DNA from: Basidiobolus meristosporus CBS 931.73
Taxonomy: Eukaryota; Fungi; Basidiobolomycota
Assembly: GCA_002104905.1 (NCBI GenBank)
Contig: MCFE01000435.1
Coordinates: 1-64,000 of the forward strand
Direction: 5' to 3'
DNA length: 64,000 bases
The notes under the pieces are model-generated. The model did no database searches and had not been told where the DNA came from. It saw only the letters and a program-made list of their open reading frames with translations. Shown one piece after another: positions 50,078-60,833 of this stretch. Every line of letters begins with the position of its first letter. Position 1 is the stretch's first letter. The translations under genes were made by a program, and so were the position numbers.

Positions 50078-52279
50078 CTAGCATGTGGCCGTTGACTTCA
50101 CTAGGTAGTACCGGTTATGAAGCGAGGATAGCGATGTGACATCAACATCCAGCAGCTCTTCTGATTCCTCTGAAATTGGTAATGCTTGGGATAAGAATGG
50201 GCACCTCGGAGGTACAACTGATGAAGCACTTACCATGCTTTGGTGGGCTGCTGAATAGCTCGTCTTTCCGGTTGAACGTTACCTGCATACGCATGGTACC
50301 CGAGCAGTTTTGATTCTCCTGGTCAGAGAACGAAGAGAGTAGCCCACTCTCCTCCACCAGGCTGAGCTCCCAGTAACATGGCTCGAAGCTAAGGAAGGCA
50401 TCAGTTAGCAGCAAGCCAGCTTGAGTGCTCACGAAATACCAATCACAGTTACCTTCGCACCAGGCTGGTGAGTAGCTTGTCCGTCTCGTTGGAGAACCGG
50501 GGAAGATTGATGGTTGCGTGCAATGGCTGCTCAAACTCATAGGCCTCGGAATCCCCCAGGAACTGGGTGTAGTAAGTGATGGTATCTTGCACCAGCAGTC
50601 TTAGACTTTCGTAGGGGACCGCCAAGACATTGGTTTTCACAAGAGACCAAAGCTCCAGAATACGATGAAGGTAGCGGAGTCTTTGCAGTTGGTCTTCGAG
50701 CGGAATGGTCGGCTCGAGGAAGGGTTCCTATAGCAATGCTCTGTAAGCATCTACACATCTGACTAGCCCAACTCAGTGAACACTTACCAGCGTGTCCCAG
50801 GTTGCCAGGTCATTAGCCTATACAAAGTCGATCAATTATGATTCGAAGTTCGCCCAGATCTCCCAACCCCCACTTACCGATCAAATGATGACAGTAGTCC
50901 CGCTTCAGCTTCGATACGCCAACCTCCACCAAGCACTCCAATGGCTGTTCGAGCCAGTAGTCAAACGACCGGCTGATGGTTTCCTTCTGCTCCTCATAGT
51001 CCGCGGTGACCTGGAGCTTCGACAGCTTCAAACAATCGCGAATCAAGTTGGCCAAACTGGAATGGTTCCCCTTGTGCACCAAAGGCTGAAGCTTCCCGGT
51101 CTCCAGCTCATCGATGGTAGCCGTAAGACAGTCCACAATCTCGTCCGTATTGATGGCATCCTGGCAGTACTTCCACAGCTTCTCGGTGAAGTCCAGATCT
51201 TTTCTGACCGGGAGAGAGTTGAACATCCCGGCCTCTACCGCGGTGGTTTCCTCGCTTATGGCGATGCCGCCCTCGTTCTTGATGTCATCCAGGAAATCAT
51301 CGATGTCCGCCGCTATGCCTTTGCGACGGACTTTGGACTCCCAAGCCACGCCCTGAGTGCAGCAATCATACCAATCCACCAGCTGGTTCAGCTCTCGTAG
51401 CAGAGGCTGGGTGGAGAGATGGTTCTCATAGTCCAGATTGCCATCCACCGATTTGACAAGCAAAGTGACGAGGGCAGAGGTTGGAGGCGGAGACAGCATG
51501 CTGACCATTCCCTCCCATGCGGCTTCCATGACGACGGAGCTGATCTGGCCGGGGGCTTCCTTCGACATTGATTCCCCGAGGATCTCGTATCTGGCGTAAG
51601 CCCTGCCTTCGCTTGGCTCGTGGCTTGGGCTGCCGACCAGGTCTTGGAAATCCTCGACAGTCTCTTCAAGGGTGGGGATGGGCGACTTGGCGTCCTCCTT
51701 GGACCTCGCCACGGTCTCCTCATCTTTGAGCTGGTACTGAAGAAAGTTGACTTGGCTCCCGTTGACAACAGCCTCGATTCCGGAGTACATTTTCTCTTGC
51801 GAGTCGACGGTTTGATAGGAATAGGCAAACACTGCGGGCAGAGGGCTTTCGCTCGATTGGTCATGGGCCAGCGCATACTTCGATAGATAGTACCTGGCCG
51901 CATCTCTCGATATAGGCACCATGTTCCGCTGGGGCCAGTCACAACGCTGTGCGTATCTGCCGGAAGACAAGTAATTCTCCGTCCCGCCCAAAAAGGCCTT
52001 TTTCCCGGTAGGCAAAGGACCCACGGAGATTCGGCTGATGTTCTCTACGGCCACCGGGGTTGGCTGCTCGCCCTCGGTTGCCGCGGTGAAGAGAAAAAAT
52101 GGACGAGGGCCAAACTGAGCCTTCAGGGGATGATAAACATGGCCCGGGACATACCAAACCCAAATGTCCTCCAACACGGTGGGCACTAAGCTGTCGAGGG
52201 GCCCGTTGTCCTCCGACAGCCTCCCCAGCACTTCGCAAAGGTCCAAAGTCTCCTTTCTGGTGGTGTCGATATCTGGCAT
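50078..52279 (-). CDS. ZWILCH: Zwilch (RZZ kinetochore subunit); exons 52279-50878, 50817-50788, 50727-50453, 50388-50234, 50169-50078, with a 1-nt phase conflict at intron 1
   Basis: LDFTEKLW, ELETGKLQPLVHKGNHSSLA, GVSKLKRDY and QLQRLRYLHRILE resemble animal Zwilch as recalled; ~60-nt introns. Confidence 0.75.
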
Positions 52280-52525
52280 GGTGAATGATAATACGGAGTT
52301 CTACAACGAACAGTGCTTGGGTAGGTGTTTTGATGGGAAATGTTTTTGTTGATAACAATTGGCTTGTTTTGATGTTGCGTCAATTTCCAGGTGGATTTTT
52401 TTCTATGCATGATTGTCTAGCTACTCAATCGTAAATAAACACCATTCCAATCAGCCATCATCCCGCAGTCAGCCTATTTATGACTACCATTCCTGTCCCC
52501 TGACCACCCAAAGCTCCACTCCAGT
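52280..52525. promoter_or_regulatory. Putative bidirectional promoter between ZWILCH and FEN1
   Basis: Divergent start codons 246 bp apart. Confidence 0.5.
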
Positions 52526-54094
52526 ATGGGTATCCACGGCTTAACCAAGGTCATAGCAGATCACGCTCCAAATGCCATCAAGAGCTTCGAAATCAAACAC
52601 CTCTTCGGCCGCAAAGTAGCCATCGACGCCTCCATGTCCATTTACCAGTTTTTGATCGCGGTTCGACAAGACGGCCAGCAACTCCAAAACGAAGTTGGCG
52701 AAACCACCAGGTTGCTAACTAGCCTTCGAACTTGCGTTTTTCTTCTCCTATTCACCCGGTTTATTTCCAGTCACTTGTTGGGCCTATTCTACAGAACCCT
52801 GCGCATGGTGGAGCACGGTATCAAGCCAGCCTATGTATTCGATGGAAAGCCACCCACTTTGAAATCGGGCGAGGTACGTTCAAAGCCCCTCTGCCACTGT
52901 ATGGTTCTCCTAACTTAGCCACCTCCCGTACGTAGCTGGCCAAACGTTTGGAGAGAAGAAACGCAGCGAACAAGAACCTTGCCGAGGCACAAGAGGCTGG
53001 AGACGCTGCTGGGATCGATAAGTTCAGCAGACGTACCGTCAAGGTCACTAGAGAGCACAACGAGGAGTGCAAGAGACTGCTTCGGCTGATGGGAATCCCG
53101 TACATCGAAGCCCCATGTGAAGCTGAGGCGCAGTGTGCAGCGCTCTGCAAAGCTGGAAAAGTAAGGAAACCAACATTCTCGTGTAAGGGCCCACACATGG
53201 CTAACATGCCAACCGAAAGGTTTACGCCGCCGCATCTGAGGATATGGACACACTGACGTTCCAATCGCCGGTGCTGATGAGACATCTGACATTCAGCGAG
53301 GCTCGAAAAATGCCCATCGATGAGATCCATCTGGACAAGGTTCTGGAAGGATTGGAGCTCACCTATGACCAGGTACTCTGCTCAGGACGCTCTCTTCATG
53401 CGGTCAGACCGGCTTACCTTTTCTAGTTTATCGATCTCTGTATATTGCTGGGCTGCGATTATTGTGATTCCATCAAGGGGATAGGCCCGCATCGTGCTGT
53501 GAACCTCATCAAGCAGCACAAATCCATCGAAAACATCCTTAAAAATCTCGATTCTACGAAATATCCCACCCCTGAGGACTGGCCTTATGAGGCGGCCCGG
53601 GAGTTGTTCCGCAAGGCTGAAGTAGCCGATCCAAATGAGATCGAGGTAAGCTGTCTTTGAGATAAGCGTCGGGTCGTGCTAGCTCACGAGCCTCTCCTCC
53701 CCCCTCCCCGAAACAGCTCAAATGGGAGAAGCCAGACAGTGAGGGACTAGTGGAGTTTTTGGTGAAAGAGAAGGGATTCAGGTAACTTCCTACTCAAGCT
53801 TGTCATGGCCCGCTAAGCTAACCGTCGTCCAAGCGAGGACCGAGTCAAGAAAGGCATTGAGAAGTTGGAGAAGAACCTGAAGTCCGGCACACAGGGACGG
53901 CTAGATGGATTTTTCAAAGTTCTCCCATCCGCATCACCGAAACGCAAGGTAATTTTAGTCCGACCCCACTCCTGCTCCTCCTCCCCCCCCCCTCTGCCGC
54001 TGCTAAACATTCTTTATTCTCAAAGCCGGCCGATGAGAAGCCAGCCAAGAAGGCAACCAAGAAGGCCAAGACTGGCGGCAAGCCTCGCCGTTAG
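52526..54094 (+). CDS. FEN1: Flap endonuclease 1; 8 exons (52526-52710, 52771-52873, 52936-53160, 53220-53372, 53427-53645, 53717-53781, 53834-53948, 54026-54094)
   Basis: [57 protein letters not shown] and PIP-box QGRLDGFF; all introns GT-AG. Confidence 0.97.
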
Positions 54095-54298
54095 CATTCT
54101 ATAATTTTGTAGTCATTCTGTATTTCTTATAGATCTTTCCCATTATATTTAGAATAAAGAATAGTCCATCTGATTTATTTATTGGGTTCTACGAGATTAG
54201 TTTAATCATGAACTTAACTCCACTGATACATTTAAGTGGGGGGGGGGGATTTTCACTCCACCCAAGGCTACTGAAGCTCAGTACTAACTCTCGGCAAG

Positions 54299-55697
54299 AT
54301 GTCAAGACCACACACTCCTCTGATCGAACCTGATGAATACTTCCGTACTCATGCGGCCCCCGAGGAGCTCGCTGTCAACGAGAAGGCCATGGAACTATTC
54401 GTGGCCAAGCATCGAGCTGCCGGTCGAAGGATCGCCGTGGTCACGGTAAATTGGCGGCTTCGTTGCCCCCGGTTTCTTCCCCAACCTCCGGCCATTTCTT
54501 CTTCTAAAGCCCACCTTGATTCTTTCGATGCTAGAGCGGTGGAACTACCGTGCCTTTGGAGAACCAGACCGTTCGCTTCATCGACAACTTCAGCGCCGGT
54601 ACCCGTGGCGCCACCTCTGCTGAATATCCTTTTTACCGTTTTCTGTAGCGCAAACTCCTGGAGAGGCTGCTCTGTCCTTGACCCTCGAAGATACGTATTT
54701 TTTAGAGTTGGGTTACGCCGTGATCTTCCTCCATCGCCAGTTCAGCCTGCAGCCCTATAGCAGACACTACACTCACTCCAAGAACTGCTTCCTGGACTAC
54801 ATGGGCTTGGGGCCTGATGGGCAGTTGACTGGTAGGGTTTATTTTTGCAAGGCTTTGCTCACGTGAACCGTTTATTCATGCCTCCCCTTACCAGTGGACT
54901 CGCAGTATAGCCAGAAGATGAAGGAGGTGCTGACCAAGTATCACAAGGTAAAGGAAACCCCGGGTGGTTGGTTCGGCATTATTGATACCAAGTCTACGTG
55001 GAAAATTCCAGGCGAAGCAAGAAGAGACCCTTCTGATGATCAGCTTTGTAACGGTGACGGATTATCTGTTCCACCTTCGAAGCGCGGCTTTCATCGTGGG
55101 CTCCATGGGAGAGAAGGCCCTTTTCTACCTCGCGGCAGCAGTCAGCGATTTCTTCATCCCCGCCGAGAAAATGGTCAGTAAAAATGCGCCTTACCACCGG
55201 ACGTCTCCTCAACAACAAACCATATTCTAGGTGGAGCACAAGATCCAATCAGACGGTGGTGGCCTGACGCTTACGATGGAGCAGGTCCCCAAGGTTCTCA
55301 AGCCATTGGTCACTAAATGGGCGTCCCAGAGCTTCATCATCTCATTCAAGGTAAGGTCCCACTCGCTGAGCAGACATCCACCATCACTGACCCATTCATC
55401 TTCTCTCAACAGCTCGAGACCGATCCAGAGATCCTGACTACGAAGGCTCGACGTGCGCTCAATCGCTATGGCCACAAGGTCGTGATTGGCAACCTCTTGA
55501 CCACGCGCAAGCAGATCGTCTGGTTCATCACCAATGACACCGAGGAGACCGTCACCTTGACCAACGAGCAGCTAGCGCAAGGAGTAGAGATAGAGAGCAA
55601 GATCGTGCCTAATCTGATCGAGAGACACACCGCATTCATCGAATCCAGTGGCAGATTGCTCTCGGTCTCGCCGAAGCAGACCAATCTTGGTGTATGA
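54299..55697 (+). CDS. CAB2: Phosphopantothenate-cysteine ligase (PPCS/Cab2), multi-exon, one intron U12-type
   Basis: [66 protein letters not shown]. Confidence 0.92.
54624..54694 (+). other. U12-type AT-AC minor-spliceosome intron (71 nt)
   Basis: 5' ATATCCTTTT, branch TCCTTGAC at 54675-54682, 3' AC; removal restores SAE|YFL in frame. Confidence 0.9.
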
Positions 55698-56039
55698 AGA
55701 GAAATGCGCTGTATATTGTGGCCAAATAAATGCATTCAGGCAGCATGCCGATTTGGGCAGATGTGTGGGGTAGACGTGCGAGAGCGGTGATTCAGGGCAA
55801 TCAAGGTTATTTTTAGCGGGCGGTTGCTGGATATTAAAAGGAGGGGAATCGAGCGAAGCGGTGGATAATGAATTCCAAATCAGCCATAAAAATAGCGTTC
55901 TCAGTGCAGTTTGGATGGCCGACAGGTTAAAAATACGGTCGCTGGTTAATGAATCCGTGACTATTTAAGGGTCGACGAGGGCGAAGTCGAGGGATTTTCA
56001 AAGACTCCCACCTCCTGCTCTGCGGCGGTCTACAATCGG

Positions 56040-56920
56040 ATGCATCAGCTCCCTTCTCTATGGTCCTGCCAGGACTATGATCGGGGTTTCTGTGACGATA
56101 CCCACCAAGCCTCCTTTATCACCTCGAACCCCCCGCGCTTCAACACTCCCACATCGGTCTCCGCCTTACTCTCCCTTCAACTGTTGAAGCATCGGAACCG
56201 CTCTTCCGGGGCCAAGCCTCTCCCCATCTCCTTCACCAGAACACCAAGCCAACACTCTGAGGATCTGTTCACGTACCCTTCCGCCCCGTCGCCTACAATC
56301 AAGCGATCACATAGCATCAGCTACTGCCCTACCACCCCAGTAACCACCAAGCGAAGGGTAATTATCCATGGATCCTCGAAATTTGGCAATTGCCACGTTA
56401 CTGACATTTGCACTAGCCAACCGAGAGGCATTCGGACTTTCCGATGCCACTGTTGTCCCCCTGGGCTACTCCACCGATCTTCGATCGGCCTGGAATCGAG
56501 CTTTTTTCCCCGCTGGGGAGAAAGATGCGCAACCTTAGTGCGCCTTTGGCCAGCCTACACCTGCCAAAGCTAAACTATCATCCCGGCACCCCAAGTCAGA
56601 ATCGAACCCCAACCAAGAAGGTCTACGTCCAGAAGGCGTGCGTGAACTGCAAGTATTCGCATGTGGCCTGCGACACCAGTCGGCCGTGTCAGCGCTGTGT
56701 ACAGTCCGGAAAGGGAGATTCGTGCATTGATGCCCAACGAAAGAAGCGCGGAAGGCCAAGCTTGAAGCTGGACGCCAAGCGATATCTCCCTCCCCAGCTG
56801 AGCCGTCATGTCTCGCTTCTGGGTCGCCCGGGGTTTGATGCGGTGGAGGCAAGGGCAAGGGTGAACCTTCCTAGAAGTCGTACCTCAATCCAGTCCCTGC
56901 TTGCCGCGGCGGAATATTGA
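56040..56920 (+). CDS. Zn(II)2Cys6 transcription factor, Rds2/Ert1/Gsm1-like zinc cluster, 2 exons (56040-56357, 56417-56920), ~273 aa
   Basis: ACVNCKYSHVACDTSRPCQRCVQSGKGDSC followed by RKKRGRP; GT-AG intron joins the two ORF-track frames. Confidence 0.8.
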
Positions 56921-57998
56921 AGGTATCTGAGTTGAGTGGAACACTAGCGGTGGCCCCGTTGGATATCTCTACGGGCCAACCGGAAGATTCCACGCTGACG
57001 GTGTCCACGTCCTTGTATATATGAATCGGTGGACCTGCTTAATATCTGATACCTTTCCCCGTTAATTCCATTGATATCCAAGTCGCCCTTTCTAATCGGT
57101 CTGTAGGCGAGTATTTTGGTAGACAATTCGCAATAAATAAAGTGTAACTGATATGTGTTTATTTTCGAGGATTTACGAGCGGGTGTACCAGAAATAAACC
57201 ATCACGACGACCACCAGACCTATCAGCAGTGTTGGAGGAACTGTGAAAAGGAGGCAACGTGTTGATTAGACTATCCCTCGGGTTGCTGCTCGCTTATTGA
57301 TCTATTTGAAGATTTCAGCAACAAAGAGCGAAGATGCTCGAGAGAAAAGATTTACCTCCGGCTGGCTGCTCTCTTGGGCAAGTGCATCTCTGTTCGACGG
57401 GAACGTTCTTCATAACTTCAAGCAAGGTTAGTTGGGGTAAAGTAGCTGTTTAGCAGGAAATTACCAGAGTCAATATGCCTGCCACAGCCTTTCCAGGTGG
57501 TTTTTCCGCAAGTATTGCAAGTAGCTGGGAAACACATCTTTAGGAAGAGATAGAAATTGCGCTAGTGATGCGACTCTCTCAACCGGAACTGCATTTATAG
57601 TAAAAGAATCCAGCTCATCCGAAATCACCGATCCATATTAGGTTATCTCGAGAGTAAATTAACCCGATGTATCCACTGTTTTAGAAAGCGTTATATGACG
57701 CAATAGGGAAAAGGTTGATTTCAAATCCACGTAGAATGGTACAAAAACGAGTTGGGGAACTGTTGAGGATCTGCTGAGCATCCCTAATATGGTTCTGGTT
57801 TATGCTAAGGTATGGATTATAGATGACAGATGTTGTATAGGAACAGATTGTAGATATAGATTAGTTAGGTATAGTTTGCTTGGCAATACATATCGAGTTC
57901 CCACGCAGGGTTAAGGCTTAAGCGCTAAGAGGGGTTCAAACAAGAATGGGCTCCGCGTCTCAAAGGGTGGACTGAACAATAATGTATCTTGGATTACC

Positions 57999-60589
57999 TC
58001 AATGGTTCTTCGGCCCCCACCCCCATTCAGAGAATACGGACGACCTTACGATGGATGATCGTGCCTTGTTCTTCAAGAAATGCCCAACCGACCCAACCCC
58101 ATCAAACACCCCACCCACCACGCTGGAAACGCTCGACACGGAAGCGGGTCGGGTGACGGTTGGCTTTTCCTCAAGATCCTTCTCGTATTTACTGCACTCT
58201 CGAGGCGATTCCCCGAGTTGGCTATATTCTTTTTCTTCGAAATAGCCTCGTGCCAGTTTCAGTTGGGCCAGGACCTAGAAAATCATGAGTGGCCAATCAC
58301 CAGTGCGCCTTGGGCGAACCTACCTTTTCATGGAGCTCGATTTCTCTGTCCAATAGATGGATGGTGCTCTCCTTGAAGTCGGTCACCTTCTGCTCGTGGA
58401 CAGTCTCAATCTCAGCAAGCACAACATTGAAGACGGTTTCGCAGCGGGATTTGATGGTTTCGGCATCAATCACCTAGAGTAATGAACATCAGCGGAGGTC
58501 GATCGAAATCCCGGGGTAATTCCACTTACATCGCCCTCAACCTCCTCAGCATCAATATGCTTATCCACGGCCCCAGAATGGATATCCAGTAGTGGCTGAT
58601 TGGAATGTCAGTCTCTATTGGTTGAGCTAAAGAATGCGCTGGTGTAACTTACGGAGCACAAATTGTTCATTCCATTGTAGTCTCGGAGATTCTCCTCCCA
58701 TTCGATTAGGGTATCCTTGACCTGGTGAAATCTCCCATGAATCTTCTGGGAACTGTGCAATCAAGGTGGCATGCTTACATATGCTTCATGGAAGTCGGCA
58801 ATGGTTTGCATGGTCTCTGTGGTTTGCTGTATTGCCTTTGTCAATTTGAGGCATTCTTGTTGACCGGTTTTAGGGTTAAAGGCGAATTCTCTGCTTGATT
58901 CCATCTTGGGTGGTGGTTACCTTTGCAGTCTTCTCTCCAACACCAAGCTCCTTCCTCATTAACGCAGTCCAGGGACCCAGTTTTTGCTCCGGTAATGATA
59001 CGCAGAAGACCCAGGCTTACGGATCGGTATTTGTTCTTGAACTCTGAGGTAGAACGTGGTCAGGTAAAGGAGGAGAGATGTATCGAATGATTCCCTTTTC
59101 AATCACCTGTATGGGCCTCTGTGTAAGAGCGGAAGCTCTCCTGCAGCATTGGGACGTATCGGTCCATGGATTTAATGTGCTGCTGGAAACGCTCTACGTT
59201 TTCAGCATCTCTACATGAGAAGTCGAGGGATTAGATACAGGACGCCCAACAAAGATCCAACTTCGGTTACCCATCCTCCTCCACATTGAACTCCGGGTGA
59301 TATACATGCTGATAGAAAGCTGCACCAACTATGGGATCGGCAGAAAACTTTTCGTCCATATATTTCCATTCCTACGATTGGTGTGTACTTAGTACCGGTG
59401 TTAAGCCGGGTTCAGAGGGGCTAAGGTACCAACCTGATCGTCATTACAGCTGAGGAAATGGGTCAAGATTTCTGCGTAACGGATTACCGGATGGCGGGCT
59501 AGTCTATTCATATAGCGCTCGAGTGCGTGTCGACGACGTTCAATAAATTCGTTGCTGAAGCGGCCTTAAACCAAAGGGGTCAACCACAATCAACAATGCT
59601 ACATGCACTTGGAACGTACCGGCTATTTGCTTTCCTGGGAGCGCTGGCAGAATCAATGCACCAAATTTCTGCTCCAGCTTATTATGCAACCAAACAAACT
59701 GGCTGTACCGGCGTTCGGCTGTGACTGTAATGTTGTTGGGGAACTAACACATCAATTAGCTGAGTCGTGAGAGTCTACCACGCCAGGTATATATACATAC
59801 TATTGAGGTCACTTGGTATGTCACATACTCTTGTGTTCCTATGCCGCGAATTTTTGTGGGTGAATGAACCTCGATGATGAACTCGCCAGTTTTTTCTTGC
59901 CAGCTAGGTCCACTCTAAGAGACAGGCGTGGGTAAGCAGACACATAATCACAACGGGGAAGGGCTATATGTACTTGGATGAAATGCTTGTCCGACTCCGG
60001 CACAGTGTCCTTGGCATCTGGCTGTTCTTTGGAGCCTTTAAGGATAAACTCCTCAGTTCCAGAAGTTACGAAATAGGCAAAGCGGTTGAATTGCTTCTTC
60101 CCAAAGGCGGTGCTACTCCCGTTCCCCTGGTGGGAAACTGGACTTTCTTCGGAAGCATTGCTGACTTGGTCGTCGTTGGAGGAGTCCAGATACTTTGAAT
60201 GGAAAAAGAGCAAAACTTTGAATACACTGGCTCAGAGGGTGTGTGCGAATTCCACCTAGACAATTGTGCTATTCAACTACCTCAATGTACGAAGTTGGTA
60301 TCAGGCCTTTCGTTCCATCTTTCTCAGCCAGGCACCAACCATCTGCGACATAATCTCTGACGATGGCCAACTCATCTCCTTCAGAGAAACTAAGCTCGTT
60401 GTAAGAGGGGTTTCCCTCGAAATCGTAAAGACCTTTTGCTGGACGATATTTTGCGGAAGGGAATGGGGTGCTGGGGGTGCTCGAATCACTTACGCTTTTC
60501 TCCTCAACCGAGGGTTCCCTATTATTGTCTTCTAACATGAAAGCTGGTTCACTGAAAGCAGAAAGCCGAGCCCTAAGAAAACCACCCAT
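57999..60589 (-). CDS. SH3-PX-BAR sorting nexin, SNX9/18/33-like, ~13 exons
   Basis: SH3 (AKGLYDF..GW..GLIPTSYI); low-complexity FNRFAYFVTSGTEEFIL; PX (EYVTYQV, RRYSQFVWL, LPGKQ, FIERRR); BAR (RCETVFNVVLAEI). Reconstructed through GT-AG introns to TGA at 57999-58001. Confidence 0.85.
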
Positions 60590-60833
60590 TCGTCGGAAAT
60601 AACATGAGCATTAATAGTCACGGAATCTATTCTGCGCTCCAATTTAGACCACTTATATGCGCATGTCTCAATGATTGGCTAAATTTAGGCAACAGCCCCA
60701 TTATCAACATAGCCTCTATCCACTTTGGGAATATTGGCATTGCTGCAGGATTTCTGCGCAAAGAACAGGTGGTTTTGACGGTTTATTAACATAGTTTCGA
60801 TTGATAGAAATATAATTTACAGTACTCGAGGAG

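Noticed and set aside
58710-58720. GTATCCTTGA as another U12 donor
   Set aside because: On the strand opposite the sorting nexin, whose exons are explained by GT-AG introns.
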